The notes below the pieces were generated by a model. The model made no database searches. It worked only from the letters and a program-made list of their open reading frames with translations, and was not told the DNA's origin. A DNA stretch of 64,000 nt. Origin: Selaginella moellendorffii (lineage: Eukaryota > Plantae > Lycopodiophyta). This document shows, one piece after another, positions 23,890-36,875 of this stretch. Numbering within the stretch: position 1 is the first letter of the stretch; the number at the start of each line of letters is the position of its first letter. A program made the translations under genes and the position numbers. The stretch covers positions 310,001 through 374,000 of the forward strand of contig NW_003314388.1 in NCBI RefSeq assembly GCF_000143415.4, read 5' to 3'.

Positions 23890-24627
23890 AGCTTCCGCCC
23901 GCTAGGTTTAAACGAGAAAAAATGCCGTTATAGATACAATAAACACGGGGTGGGGGTTGGGGGCTTAATGTCGTGCAATGGCCTCGTTGCAATGCCGTCG
24001 GTGACACAAGCGCGCTGTCTACACATTCCGTGGTAAGTGCCTCCTCGCGGCAGCAGCCTTTGGTTCCCTGGGGCAGTGATGAGAGCAATAGACGGAATCT
24101 GGCGGAGCTATGGAAGAAGGCGGAAGAGTCCCACCGAATGGAAATCCACGAGAATTGTCCATTGCACCTTGCTGCTCAACAAGGCAGTACTGAATTAGTT
24201 CAATAGCTGCCAATGATGAGGCCACTCCAACGCAAGCCATGGCATGTTATTCTAAACCAGTACTGTGTGATATAGTGTGTTATTTGTGGATGTGGTAAAA
24301 AAGTCTAAACTACCTCTGCCATGTGGTGATATTTCATTGGCCTTTCATAATTTTATGCATTTTATGATGGAGAATATACATATTGTCACATTTATAAATA
24401 TATGTATGTATATACATATATTACCCTAGCTAAGTAATACACTAATTATAATACTATAATATATAGATTATCTATTTGGGACTAAATTTAGTCCATCCAT
24501 TCTTATATATAAGTAGGGGTTTAAACCCCAATTAATATATCTATTTTTATATTCTAAGCATTCACATTAGTGGAGGTGAAAGGCATTGCAATTTGTCCCT
24601 AAAGGGTAAAGCTTTTTGACAGTAGTG

Positions 24628-25220
24628 TGTAAGCTCCTGAGTTTGGACTTCCTGGGAGGTCACCCAGCCCAGTACTATTCAAACCCAAGGACGCTTAACT
24701 CCAACTATCCCAAGACCCTTAACCGATTGGAAAAGGGGGTGCACTCTTGTTCATGGGCCCTTTCCCTCTATATTTGAACCCCATGGATCGTCTTTCGAAT
24801 CGTTCCCTTTGGTTGCTTACAATCCACCACGCTTCCTTGCAAGTTCACGCCCTCGTGAACGGAAGCTGAGAGCCGCAACTCTCCCGAGAGCCTCGCTCTC
24901 TTGACACCCTACCCCTCGGGTCGAGCCCAGTGGGAGCAAACTGGACCAGCCAGATGTCAATCAACATGTGGTGTGATTCCCCTAGCCAACCAACAGAGTC
25001 AGACCCGAGACCGCTCCGATACCAAATGTAAGCTCCTGAGTTTGGACTTCCTGGGAGGTCACCCAGCCCAGTACTATTCAAACCCAAGGACGCTTAACTC
25101 CAACTATCCCAAGACCCTTAACCGATTGGAAAAGGGGGTGCACTCTTGTTCATGGGCCCTTTCCCTCTATATTTGAACCCCATGGATCGTCTCTCGAATC
25201 GTTCCCTTTGGTTGCTTACA
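24628..25220 (-). mobile_element. Cassandra-type TRIM with 5S-rRNA-derived segment in its LTRs; LTRs 24628-24821 and 25027-25220
   Basis: 194-bp TG..CA LTRs with one mismatch and TSD TAGTG. PBS is TGGTATCGGAGC (tRNA-iMet-like), the core is 205 bp non-coding, and the LTR holds AGTTAAGCGTCCTTGGG...AGTACTGGGCTGGGTGACCTCCCAGGAAGTCC. Confidence 0.93.
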
Positions 25221-25273
25221 TAGTGTTCAGGATTGTGCTTTTTTATTTTTATTTTTTCATTCTCGTCTAGATT

Positions 25274-28200
25274 TGTGAGTGCTTGGAATATGGAAAGGGA
25301 ATACAAAAATGTGCATATTAATTAGCCCAAAAACCCTAATTTATATATAGGAGTGAGTGGTCCAGATTGAAACCAATCCGACGGCTATCAAAATCCCACT
25401 ACGCTAATATTAGTATACAGCATCGTAACCGTACACTTGGCCCTCACATCATCCCCTCCTCTTGGGATAATGGAAAACCATCAGGGTTCTCTTGAAGATG
25501 GGCCGGGATCCGGAGGAACAATAGGAGGAGGCATCAGTGGATCTGTAGGTGGTATTAACTCCTCCTGATCCCTTTGTACGAAGCGTTTTAGCCGTTGCAC
25601 ATGCACAATCTCTGGAGGATCGGCCTGTTGAACGTCATGCTGAACTCATAAACTTGTGGTCCAATTTGTCGCAACACTTGTTATGGTCTTTTCCATTGCT
25701 CAAGAAGCCCCTTAGATAAACCACGTACCGTAAAATGGGGAAAACAGACTAACACCAAATCATCCACTTTGTACTCCGCAGGTGGACGATGATGGGAGTT
25801 GTAGCGCTGTTGTTGTCCCACTTGTACGCAGCCTAAGTGTTCGGCAAACTCTACTCGGACAAGTGGAAGAATGCTCGTCAAATACTGATCCCATGATCTA
25901 GCATCGGCAGCACGTGGCAATCGTGAAGGTAAACCCAGCTCCGTTAGTAATATTGGATCATGACCATATAGGAGTTTATATGGTGAAGCACCAACAGAAC
26001 TCTGCACCCCTGTAACATATGCATACCGAAGAGACGGCAAATAACCATCCCAATCCAAATGCTGAAAGTTCACATACTTTGCAATCATCCCTTTGAATGT
26101 CCGAACAAGCCATTCCACCAGACTGTCTGATTGTGGATGATAAGCACTCGTGAAAGTGTGGCATATCCCCAACCGAGACGTCAAGACATGAAATGCCTCA
26201 GCCATAAATGCGGGACTATTATCCGAAAGAATCCGCTCTGGACAAGAATGCTAGAACACCACTCGATTGAGAAGGAAGTATCTAACAGCAGTTGCAGAGG
26301 CGCTAGCAAGAGCACCAACTTCCACCCAACGAGTCAAGTAGTCAGAAGCAATAATAACATACTCATTGCCAGCAGTCGACCATGGAAAAGGTCCCATAAG
26401 ATCAAACGCCACTAACTCAAACGGATGGGAAACTACAATTGACTCCAACCGTCCTTCCGCAGCACGAGGGGGAGTATTACGAGCTTGGCACCAAATGCAG
26501 CTACGCACATACCGGATAATATCACGTCACATCTCCGGCCAATAGAAAGACCTGCGCAGCTTCTCGGTGACACAACAGTGTCCCATATGCCCACCTAGAA
26601 TAGGAGAATCATGGTAGGCATGGAGAAACCGTGGAATAAACACCAAAGGCACCACCAGCCGTAAATGATCATCAGGATCTGTCCCCACAAAATAAAGAAG
26701 GCCATCGTCAAGGCGATATTGAGAATGTAAATGCCGGAGAGGCAAGTCATCAGCAAGTGATGCAGGATTCTCAAACCCATCTCGAAGCCTCCAAATCCAC
26801 AGCTCAATCTTTTGAGCCTCGCGAACCTCATCAAGAGAAGGTAGATCTTGCTCTACACCTTGTGGACACTGAACGTCAAGGACAGCAACCGCCGACGGCA
26901 CAGAATCCTCATCTAGAAAATCCACAGATGGTGGAACAACAGGTTCGTCAGAAACATGAGAAGTGAGTGGAGAAGGAAGAGGAGCTCGAGAAAGGGCATC
27001 AGCATCAGCCATAGAACTCCCTGGGCGATGAACAACATCGAAATCATATATCTGAAGCTTCAAAGCCCATCGAGCCATATGACCAACCAGGTTCTTCCGC
27101 TTCAATAATGAAGTAACAGCAGCATAGTCACCTTCAAGTAACGTCCGAGAACCATGTAGATAGGCATGAAGTTTCTCGAAACCCCAGATTGCTGCTAAAC
27201 ACTCCTTCTCCATCGTGGAGTAGTTCATCTCCGCTGGTTATAATGTACGGCTTATGTATGCAATGGGATGGTGCTGACCCAGCACACTCGAGCTCTCTTG
27301 TATCAACACACCTCCAAGACCAATGTCAAAAGCATCCACGCGCAAAATAAAAGGTCAAGTGTAGTCAGGATATGCCAAAACCGGAGGAGTCGTCAATAGT
27401 TCTTTGAGATTCACAAACGCTCGCTCACAATCTGGAGACCAGATGAAAGATGACGTTGATGACTTCAGCAACGCTCGCAATGGTGTAGTGCGATCGGAAA
27501 GATGATCCACAAAACGACCGAGATACTGCACCTTACCCAAAAAGCACTGCACATCATTCACACACTTCGGAGTAGGGAACTTTAGAACAGCCACAAGTTT
27601 GTCAGGATCAACTTGCAAACCCTCACGAGAAATACGATACCCAAGATAAGTTGTGTCCTTGGACCCAAACACGCACTTTGACCGCTTCAGCTTTAAACCA
27701 ACGTCGCGTAGCCGATCCAACATTTTACAAACATCACGAACGTGCTCCTCCCACGTCCCCTCTGAGTGGATCAAGACATCATCAATGAAGTCAGCAGTCA
27801 CCTCCGGCATATCGCAAAGAACCTCATCCATCATCCGCTAGAAAGTTGCTAGAGCATTGTTCAAACCAAACGGCATCACCAAGAACTCGTACAAACCAAA
27901 TGGTGTACGAAAAGCAGTCTTAGGAATATCTTCTTCGGCCATTGGTACTTGCCAATACCCAGAAGCAAGATCTAGCTTGGTGAACCAACGACTTCGCCCC
28001 AGACGATCCAAGAGATCAGCAGTGTGAGGAAGAGGATACACATCTAGGATCGTCACTTCGTTTAACGGATGATAGTCGATGCAGAAACGAATACTCCCAT
28101 CAGGCTTCGTCACAAGATGAGGTTCACATGCCCAAGGACTCCGCGACTTCCGAATAACACCCTTCTCCAGCATTTCCTTGACGTTTGCTCATAAAATCTT

Positions 28201-30238
28201 GATCTCCTTAGGTGACCAACAACAAACAGGAACCTTGATTGGACGAGCATCCCCGGTTGGAATCGGATGACATGTGGCAATCTTAGCCCCAGACGATAAG
28301 TCAAATTTAAAGAGATCAGAATACTCCTTCATGAGCCGGTCAACTGCTGCAACACAAAGATCGTCGGAGGGATCGGAAAAGGGAAAAGTAGAACAAGATG
28401 GAAACACAAAAGGAAAGAGTGGGGAACAAAAGTAATGGAAGCAGAGGTAGAAGTAGAGGGACAAAGAGGTATGGAAGTGAGAGGAATGGAAAGTAGCCTC
28501 AAAGTCACATTTGGCATGATTGCGCTGCAACCAATCCATACCAAGAATGAGGTCAAAAGCTTGACTCGGCACCACCCGCAACGGCTGCAACTCAAGCTCG
28601 AGATCGCCCACACGCACAACCAGGTCCACCTCATCCCGTGCACATGCATGTGTACGGCCGTTGCCATAAAGAATGAAAACTAGTTCCGCCGCATGACGCA
28701 AGTGTAAACGACAACGTGTGGCAACAGGTCGAGCAATAGAAGATAAACTCGAACCTGTATCAACCAATATGGAGAGAATAATAGGAGACCTCTTGTTATA
28801 AAAACGAGCTTGGAAAGTAAACACTGGATGAACCGGTGCCGAGTGAACCCCTTGATGATACTCCCAAAAGAAAGATGGAGGGGTCACTAACTTATTCGTG
28901 CAAGGTCCCTCCGTTACTCGCGCGACTCCTCGTTTCCCGGATGCATCTTGGTGTCCAGACCTTCCACTGCAGCAGCACCCATGGGACGTTGCTGACGCCA
29001 AGGTCTCCACCTAGGAAATGGAGGTTGCCAATCCGGAAAACGATGGCAATGCCGATAAGTATGACCAACTTCATCATACGCCCAGCAGCGAACATCACGG
29101 CCACGTCCTCGTGCTTGTCCTTGGACTCAAGCAGCAGCAGCATCAACCTCCATTGGAACAGGACCATCACCCATAGGAAGTGGAGCGGAAGGACGTGCAG
29201 CGAGAAGTGGAAGAGGCGACGTCTCATAATGTTGTGCCAAGCGAAGAGCATCATCAAGGGTGGCAGGAGCAAGTGCATGCACAAGTCCGACAAGATCTTG
29301 ACGAAGTGTTGGCCACAACATTCCTAGCTTGATCCGCTCCGACATATTTGGCTCCGCACGAAGCAAAAGACTTCGGAAATGAACGCCAAATTGCATCATC
29401 GACTCAGATGGCCCTTGGCAAAGACGATGCAATTGTTGGAAAGCATCATCACAATCATCGGCATGTCCAAAGGCGCATTTGAAGACGTCTGGGAGAACAC
29501 TCCAATCCCCACGAGTGGCTGCGCTCAAACCATTGTACCATTGCAACGCCGTCTCTTGGAGACACATGGGAAACTCATGCAACCATCGAGCATTATCCCA
29601 AGAATGATATGTGGCAATCACCGTGAAGTGATCAAACCAATGGTACACATCATCCCCAGAATTCCCACGAAAGAACTCCGGCCGAACGTGAGGATTGGCA
29701 CCAAGAGCAGGAGGAGTTGGACCATGTGCCGTGAATGCCGCCATAAATTGAGTTTGGTTGTTCAATTGCAAGCGCATAGCATCAAGCAATTGGACCAACT
29801 GCTGCTCGAGAGTCAAAGGAGGAGATTGCTGATCTGCCATGGAGACGAATGAAAAAGAAAGAGCAAAAGAAGAAAAATGACAAAAAGCTAGAAGGAAATG
29901 GTAGATCTAGACAATGCAAAAAGCTAGATCTAAACCAAAATCTTGAAAGGAAAGAACAAAAAGAAAAAGCTAGATCTAGACAATGCAAAAGCCAGATCTA
30001 AACCAAAATCCCAAATCCAAGCACTCCTCAAGGACAATCAAAGGTGCCCCTCAACTCCACCAATGTGAGTGCTTGGAATATGGAAAGGGAATACAAAAAT
30101 GTGCATATTAATTAGCCCAAAAACCCTAACTTATATACAGGAGTGAGTGGTCCAGATTGAAACCAATCCGACGGCTACCAAAATCCCACTACGCTAATAT
30201 TAGTATACGGCATCGTAACCGTACACTTGGCCCTCACA
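25274..30238 (-). mobile_element. Ty3/Gypsy LTR retrotransposon, full-length but with stops/frameshifts; 175-bp LTRs at 25274-25448 and 30064-30238
   Basis: Order is gag (29840), protease LVDTGSS, RT ([25 protein letters not shown]), RNase H (NYSTMEKECLA), integrase (HH-CC, TSAYHPQSD). PBS is TGGTGGAGTTGAGGGG and PPT is AAGAGGAGGGGATGA. The LTRs differ at 4 sites. Confidence 0.95.
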
Positions 30239-33200
30239 AATCTAAATTTGTATTAGCTTTTTGCAAGATTTAAAATTCTAGCTATTATTGTGTTTAGATT
30301 TGCTCCTTTTTTTTTATCTTCATTACATTCTCTTCCTCTACTATGCCACGTCATCATCGATCAAGGAGTATGTCACTTGAGGCTACTAATGTTGCTCTGT
30401 TGGATCGAATTTTTGGTGTTATTGTATGTGATCATATTGGTGTTGCACCCATTCTTGGTGTATTACTGTTTCCAACTTTCATGGGATATGATTATCCTAT
30501 TTTCAGTGTTCTGTTATCTCCTGTTGATATGAAATGTGATTGTGATATTAATTGGTGAGTTATGGATAATGTAGTCTAGTTCTTGGAAAATGTTCGAGAA
30601 TCAAGTTTATGGGAAGACAATGTGTACAAGCTCGAGTGGCCATCTGATCCTTTTTCTTTCCTTTCTGCTTTTTCCCAACTTTTTCTTATTTCTTGGCTTA
30701 AGCCACCTTCTTATGTTTTTAGTATTTTTTCCTCATCTACAATGTTTTTTTCTTCTGGCACATTGATCATTTGTGACTCTCATGATTCTCATTCTCAATC
30801 TAGTGTTGAGTTGAGTGTTTTCTGTCCTCCTCATATTAATTTAGATGTTGAGTGTGTCTATGAAGTTGAGAATCTTGTTTTTATTTCGTTGGTAGAGTCT
30901 TTGATCAGTTCTAGTGTTGAGTATTCCTCTATTCCAAGGGTTGAGTCACTTTGGCCAATGTTTCGAGTTGAATGTATGTCCCTATTTGTGAGTGCCATTA
31001 AGAGCCTTTGATTTATTGTTGCTGTTAAGAAGTTTATATATTCCCTTAAAAGTGTGGATGTTGTTATTGATTTTTCTATTTCAAATGTTGAGTTGTGTGT
31101 TGAAGAGATTGAATAGTGTGAATCTTTTGCTTATATTGTGATGGCTGAAGTATTTTATAGTAGAAAATCCTTTATTTTCCAAGCTTTAAGCACACATTCT
31201 TTTGATTTCCCCATTTCTACATTGTCAATTGCTACAAATTCCTCTTCCGATACTTCTTTATCCACTTTTTCTTCTTCCATAATTGTTTTTCCTCAATTTT
31301 TCTTGTTTTCTCCTTTTTGCCTTAACACTTCAAATTTTTTTTCTTCGGAGGAGGGGGTAGAAGGGATGGACGGGAGTCCAGCCCTAACAATGGAATGAGG
31401 ACAAACGAATATAGTAGTCGAGTAAGGACAAATGACATGGATTGTGGAATGAGGATGAGCATAACAAGTCCAAATGGAATATCTAACCCCGACATAGTGA
31501 AGCCGAACAAATGCGATAGTGAAGTGAAGTCTAACATAGGTGGCGGAGTGAGGACAAGCACAACAAGTCCAAATGGAGCTAATGCTTTAAAATGTTTTTT
31601 CCTTCGAGGAGGGAATAAGGAGAATGTGGAAGACAAATAGAGTGAGTCCAATCTCCCTAGTTCAAAGTTATAATTGTGTGGTTGGTTTGAGTATTTAAGA
31701 GTTGGTATACAGAGTTGTAATTGATTCATCAAGGTTCCATAAATAGTTGATGCTTATGCCATGGCTTTGGGTTTTATTTTAGTCATGGTTATCAACAAAT
31801 TTATTAGTGGTTTTGTGGGAGTTTTAGATTCGTGTGGTAGTTTATAATCACCTAACAGAAACTCTAGATGTTCCACTTGACTTATTATCATCACTTTTTC
31901 ATCTCCGGAGGAAAGGATGGTGTAAAATATATATATATATATATATATATTATTCTAGCTAGGTAATACACTAATTATAGTACTATAGTATATAGACCAT
32001 CTATTTAGGATTGAGTTTGGTTCATCCATTCTTGTATATAAGTAGGGGTCTAAACCTCAATTAATATATCTATTCCTATATCCCGAACACTCGCAATGCC
32101 TATTATATACATCCCATAATAACATATAATTAGGTCTTATTGACCATGGTATCATAAAAATATAATAGAAATCTAGGAAATTTTGGAATTCCTATAATCA
32201 AATGCTTAAGAATTTACTCTCAATAAGAAATTATATGTTTGTGTATTGTTCCTCATTATCATTCTTAGCTAAAGCCATTATTTATAGTAAAGGTTTGAAT
32301 TTGACAATACATACTTACTCATATTTCTTAGACTTGATTGTGTATATTATATATCAAAACCTCCTAACTAATCTTGTGATAAATAATAAGACTATTTAAC
32401 TATTTTATTGTGAATCATTCTGCTATTACCCTTGATTTTTCAATATCAAAGACTCCACTTGAATATTTGTGAGACCAAGACAATGGATTACTTGGCATCT
32501 TATCTATAGATTTCAAAGTTAATATTCTACAAATATATAAAGATTTTAGAGGGACTAATGTACAAAAAAGGTTATACCTATGTGGTGGATGATGATATAG
32601 ATACTAGAGAGTCCATGGCTAAAATGAATATAGATGGATAAATGAAATGATTTGATAAAGTGTTTAAAAGCTAATTCTAACTTCTTTAGGAGATAAAATG
32701 GCCAATGTTCCTAATTTAAGTGCAAGTAGCACTACTTACTTAAATACTGTGGTCCTCTTGCTTGGTAATTAAAGGTATAATTATATGTTGAGGAAGTCTA
32801 GGATATTTTACACCCTAACCTAATGGTAGTATTGGCAAGTATAATTGTGAAATGAGAGGGATTTGGTGAGGATAAAAAAAGGGATATTAAGGATGTTGTT
32901 CCTCCATGCTTTAAGGCATCTTAAGGATGCTAAAGTGTAATTATAGAATGACTACTCATGGATAGATAGTCTAGTCTTAAGAGATGGGACTATAGTATTG
33001 ATGGTTTTAAATTACCAATGAAACAGTGAGAATGAACATTATTTTAACATAAAAGATTAATATGCCAATGACACCTATAGGTGTTTAAATGGGACTAGAT
33101 ACGTAAAACATTTAGACTAAATATAAAGTTAGTATGACTCTAGGATCACCTCTAATGTCTAGCAAGTACTCCAAATTAAGTTAGGACATATTGAGGTGGT

Positions 33201-34468
33201 GAGTGAGACTCTTCCAAGTAGTCAAAGATGTAGTTAAGTAAAATAGAAAATTTAATTATTTAGAAAATTTAGTTGCTTACATGGATGCCCTACAAGATGA
33301 GGACATAATCATAAATACCCAATTCATACAATTTTAATTTTAGGGCTGAAAATATACTTTAGTCAAAAAGACATATTATAGATTAAGTAGCCACTAATAA
33401 ATAATTCATGCCATTTGCTTCAATACTATATATAACGCTTTCTTCCATTCAGCCAATTAGAAAAGGGGTAATTATTTGATAAGAAAGGCTTTAATGATTA
33501 TTTTATCCTCATTTATCCCCTACAGTTCCAAGAATTTATAATAACAGTATCTAAATCTTATCCTATAATCATATGCATTACAGATGTTATGCACGCTTGG
33601 ACGACACACAATTACATATTAACATTGCTGCATATATCGATAAAGGAGTCTATCCCAAATTGAAGAAATTGATAATCACCATATTAGGCTGGCACTAAAA
33701 ACCTGTAAAAACCATAATAAACAATATATACTACTTTTTAATATAGTTCATCAAATGTAATATAGTTTGTTATTCATTATAATAGTCATGATACAATATC
33801 TATTCTCTATATAGTCTATGAGATAGTTCTCTAGAAACAGTTTATACTTAGTTTCAAAAAACTGATATAAAAAAACATCTTTCCAAACTTTATTAGGCAT
33901 AAAGAGCCCTAAGTGTTTTATGTATCTAAATCGTTTTAATTGATTTTGAAAATTTGATAGATTATTCTTCATGAGTGATTCTAGCTTACCATTGTTGGGG
34001 TTTTAAATCTATGTGAGAAAGAGTAATATTCCTTCTAAAATTTGGTAAGCACTAGTTTCATATTTTATATAAAAGCAACACTTAAACTAAAACTTGAGAT
34101 TATATTTTTTCATATAGAGTTTGCTGCTCATATAATTTGTTGTTGTTGTTTTGTTGTTAAACTGTTAATAGATGGCTTAGATTTGAGCAAGATTTTCTAG
34201 AATATTCCACTGTCAGAATATTCTAGGGGCATGAGGGGCACAGGGGTATATTCCCCTTTCTTCCCTATTTTCTAAGGCCGGGAGTTCACACAAGAAAGAG
34301 TTTTGAGTTGGATGCTGCTGCATGTGTTCCAAATGAATTCTCAATTGCCTTACCATGCAAATGTGTATGAGGCATGGCTTTGAGGCCAAGATTGTTGAAT
34401 CTGCCACTCCCAAACATGGCATCTTCCATGAAGCTAGAACCATAAACCCTAAGATAAGAAAAAGAAAA

Positions 34469-34535
34469 GGGGTTAGAATTGAACTTAGAACCTCTTGCAC
34501 CCTAAACAAGAATCATACCACTAGACTAAATGCCC
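34469..34535 (-). pseudogene. Degenerate tRNA-Pro copy
   Basis: Aligns with 18274-18345, with a deletion in the acceptor stem and many transitions. Confidence 0.85.
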
Positions 34536-35953
34536 ATGATTTACAAGTTAAGCTAAACACTCTCTAATTTATAGACTAATGAACACCCATTAACCCCTTA
34601 TTCGAGGATGAAGATCGAGGAGGAGTTCGAGATAGATGAGGCTCTTGAGCCCAAGGTTCCTCTAGACTCCAAGGTTTGTGCCATTTTTCTTAGTGATGAT
34701 AAGGACTTTCCATGCTGCCATATCTCTTTCAGGTTCTCTTTGCAAACTTAGCATTCGTCAATAAGTTGGTATATGATGAGTTGTGCATCTCTAATGAAAG
34801 TGGCTTGCATAAACTTGAGATCTACTACCAACTTCATGGCATTGATAATTGCCAAGTACTTTACTTCATTAGCTGATGTTGCTGGAAAAGTGATAGAGAG
34901 GTTGGCTACTTTGTTCTTAGCAGAATCAATCATCTAAACACCAATGTCGGCAAGATGGTTTTTGGGGCAAAAAGTGTTATCGAAATAAGCTGTAATCATA
35001 AGAGTGTCTTCATCCTTAAATAAAGATGTTAAGGACACCATATATAGCAAGCTTGTCTCTGGCAAGTCAAGCAAGAATATTTCTTTTGAATCCAAGGCCT
35101 TTATCCCTTGCTTTCTCTGCTTCTAATGCTTTGAGTGTGCAATCTCCAATGTAAGGACTGAAGTTAAATATTTTGCTAGTGAAGGAAGATCTTCCATTGA
35201 AGTCAAGTCCAAGTCTAGGGTGGAATTTTCAATGCACCAAACTAGGATTTGTACTAAGGGCTCCATTGTGGAAAACTCTAAATTCTAACAGCTATAACTC
35301 ACACATAGCATGTCTTATTGGCTTAGGTCTTTTTGCCAACTGTTTGCCTAGATATTACTCTTCATCTCCAAAACCGGCATGATAAAATTCATTTAGCTAA
35401 GCATACTTGGCCTGGCTTTTTAGTTTTCTTTTGCTTTGTCTTCCACTAGCTTGACAAGAACCCATACACTCAGAATCGTTAGCTATAGTGATTTCCATAG
35501 GAAGATGTTGGCTGTGTGACACCTTAAACAATTGCTAAAGAGAACTGAATGCATCTTGTGGAAGATGGACTTAGTCTGGAATGACTTTATCATCAAGCTC
35601 CATAAGAAAAAGTTGGTCCTAAGCAAAAAAGAAGTCAAGAAGCCCATCCTTAATCAGATAACACTCCAAAAAGCTAGATATGGAAGTTGGCACCATATAA
35701 GCCCCACCATCAAATAAAGAGGGTATGGCTAGAGGCTTAGCCTTACTTTCAAATAAAGAGAGTAAGGTTGAAAGATGTCCAAAGCTATTTAACTCACCTC
35801 CAACAATGTTGACTACATTGCATGAGAAAGCATCCATCACATAAATTTTAGGCATGTTGAGAAAGAGCTCTACTATGATTGTTGAGAAAGGTGGCGCTAT
35901 AGATTCCATTGTTAATTTCCATCTTGCCTTTTGCACTATTGATGGTGCAATGG

Positions 35954-36875
35954 TGTCACGAATATGACTTTGGGTATCGAAAGATACTTGTCGGCTAGTC
36001 CTTACGAACACTCTTTCCTTACTGCCATGACGGTAAGAGGTTGGTACAGTTGGATCCCTTTGGTAGCCCCTTTTGTGCTAGTGGAGTTAATTGGGCATTT
36101 CGAATGTACTTAGACCAGATGAGTATAAGGATGGAATTCCTATGTACTATTAGCTAAGCATACTTAGCCCAGTAAGGAGTTCCCTTCTCGTTGTGTCTTG
36201 CACTAGCTAGTGACAAGAACCCTCGTGTATTGAGATTAGTCCCTTAATATCGCTAAATGATAGCTTATTGTGTTTGCCAAACACCCTCGCTATCATACCC
36301 TTTGTGTTAGTCTCATTTTGGTCCCAAATGCTATTTATGGAAAGTGTCAGAATTGCTCATTTGGCATATCTACGGAACGTAGTGATTGGCCTAAACACAA
36401 TGGTGTTTGTCTCATGTCCAAATTCGCAATCTAGGGACATACTATATTTAGTAAGTTTCGAGCTTGTCCTAAAGACTAACTCCTAGTAATAAAGGAGGCT
36501 TGGGGTGAAAGCCCAAAGCGTGTGTTCCTCAAGAGGGGGAGGGGGGCTATGGGGGGTTCCAAATGTATAGTAAGGATAGTGGTTGGAATGCATGTCCGAC
36601 CACCTAAGGCATTAGTTTGGCTTCCACTGGGCTGTGTCGCTCCTTGTTTTGTGTCTGACTTGGGTCTAAGCCGAAGCTCCATATTGCTCTAGTTGGTGGG
36701 GTACCCTCCTCCTCGCATTAGGCTACAGGTATGCCAAAATTGTGTCAGACACCATCTAACACCATTTTGCATGCAGGTGCTTGATACGGGGAGTTGGTGC
36801 TCGTAGGATTGTACCGGACCCTCATTTCGTAGCACAACGGGCTTGGAATTCAGCTCCAAATTCAGGTGTGCTACA
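35954..36875 (+). mobile_element. Solo LTR related to the LTRs of the 46426-53717 element
   Basis: TGTCACG...GCTACA with TSD AATGG on both sides; alignable to 46426-47250. Confidence 0.85.

Larger units (their letters stand above)
24393..32095 (+). mobile_element. Old non-coding short-LTR element hosting two younger insertions; LTRs about 24393-24565 and 31921-32095
   Basis: Two diverged ~175-bp repeats. A decayed PBS (ttagtggaggtga) follows the left LTR and a purine tract (ggaggaaaggatgg) precedes the right LTR. The element is absent from duplicate copy B at about 44690. Confidence 0.65.
18102..34170. repeat. Segmental tandem duplication, copy A (helicase exon 1, tRNA, CBSX, GRDP, AT-rich tail; interrupted by TEs at about 24393-32095)
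   Basis: Colinear with copy B at about 34312-46275. Confidence 0.85.

Noticed and set aside
24645-24700. 5S rRNA gene
   Set aside because: Only about 56 nt of the internal control region is present, embedded in LTRs, so this is a Cassandra feature.
25450-25700. Chromodomain at the integrase C-terminus
   Set aside because: No YLVKW-type motif is visible before the PPT.
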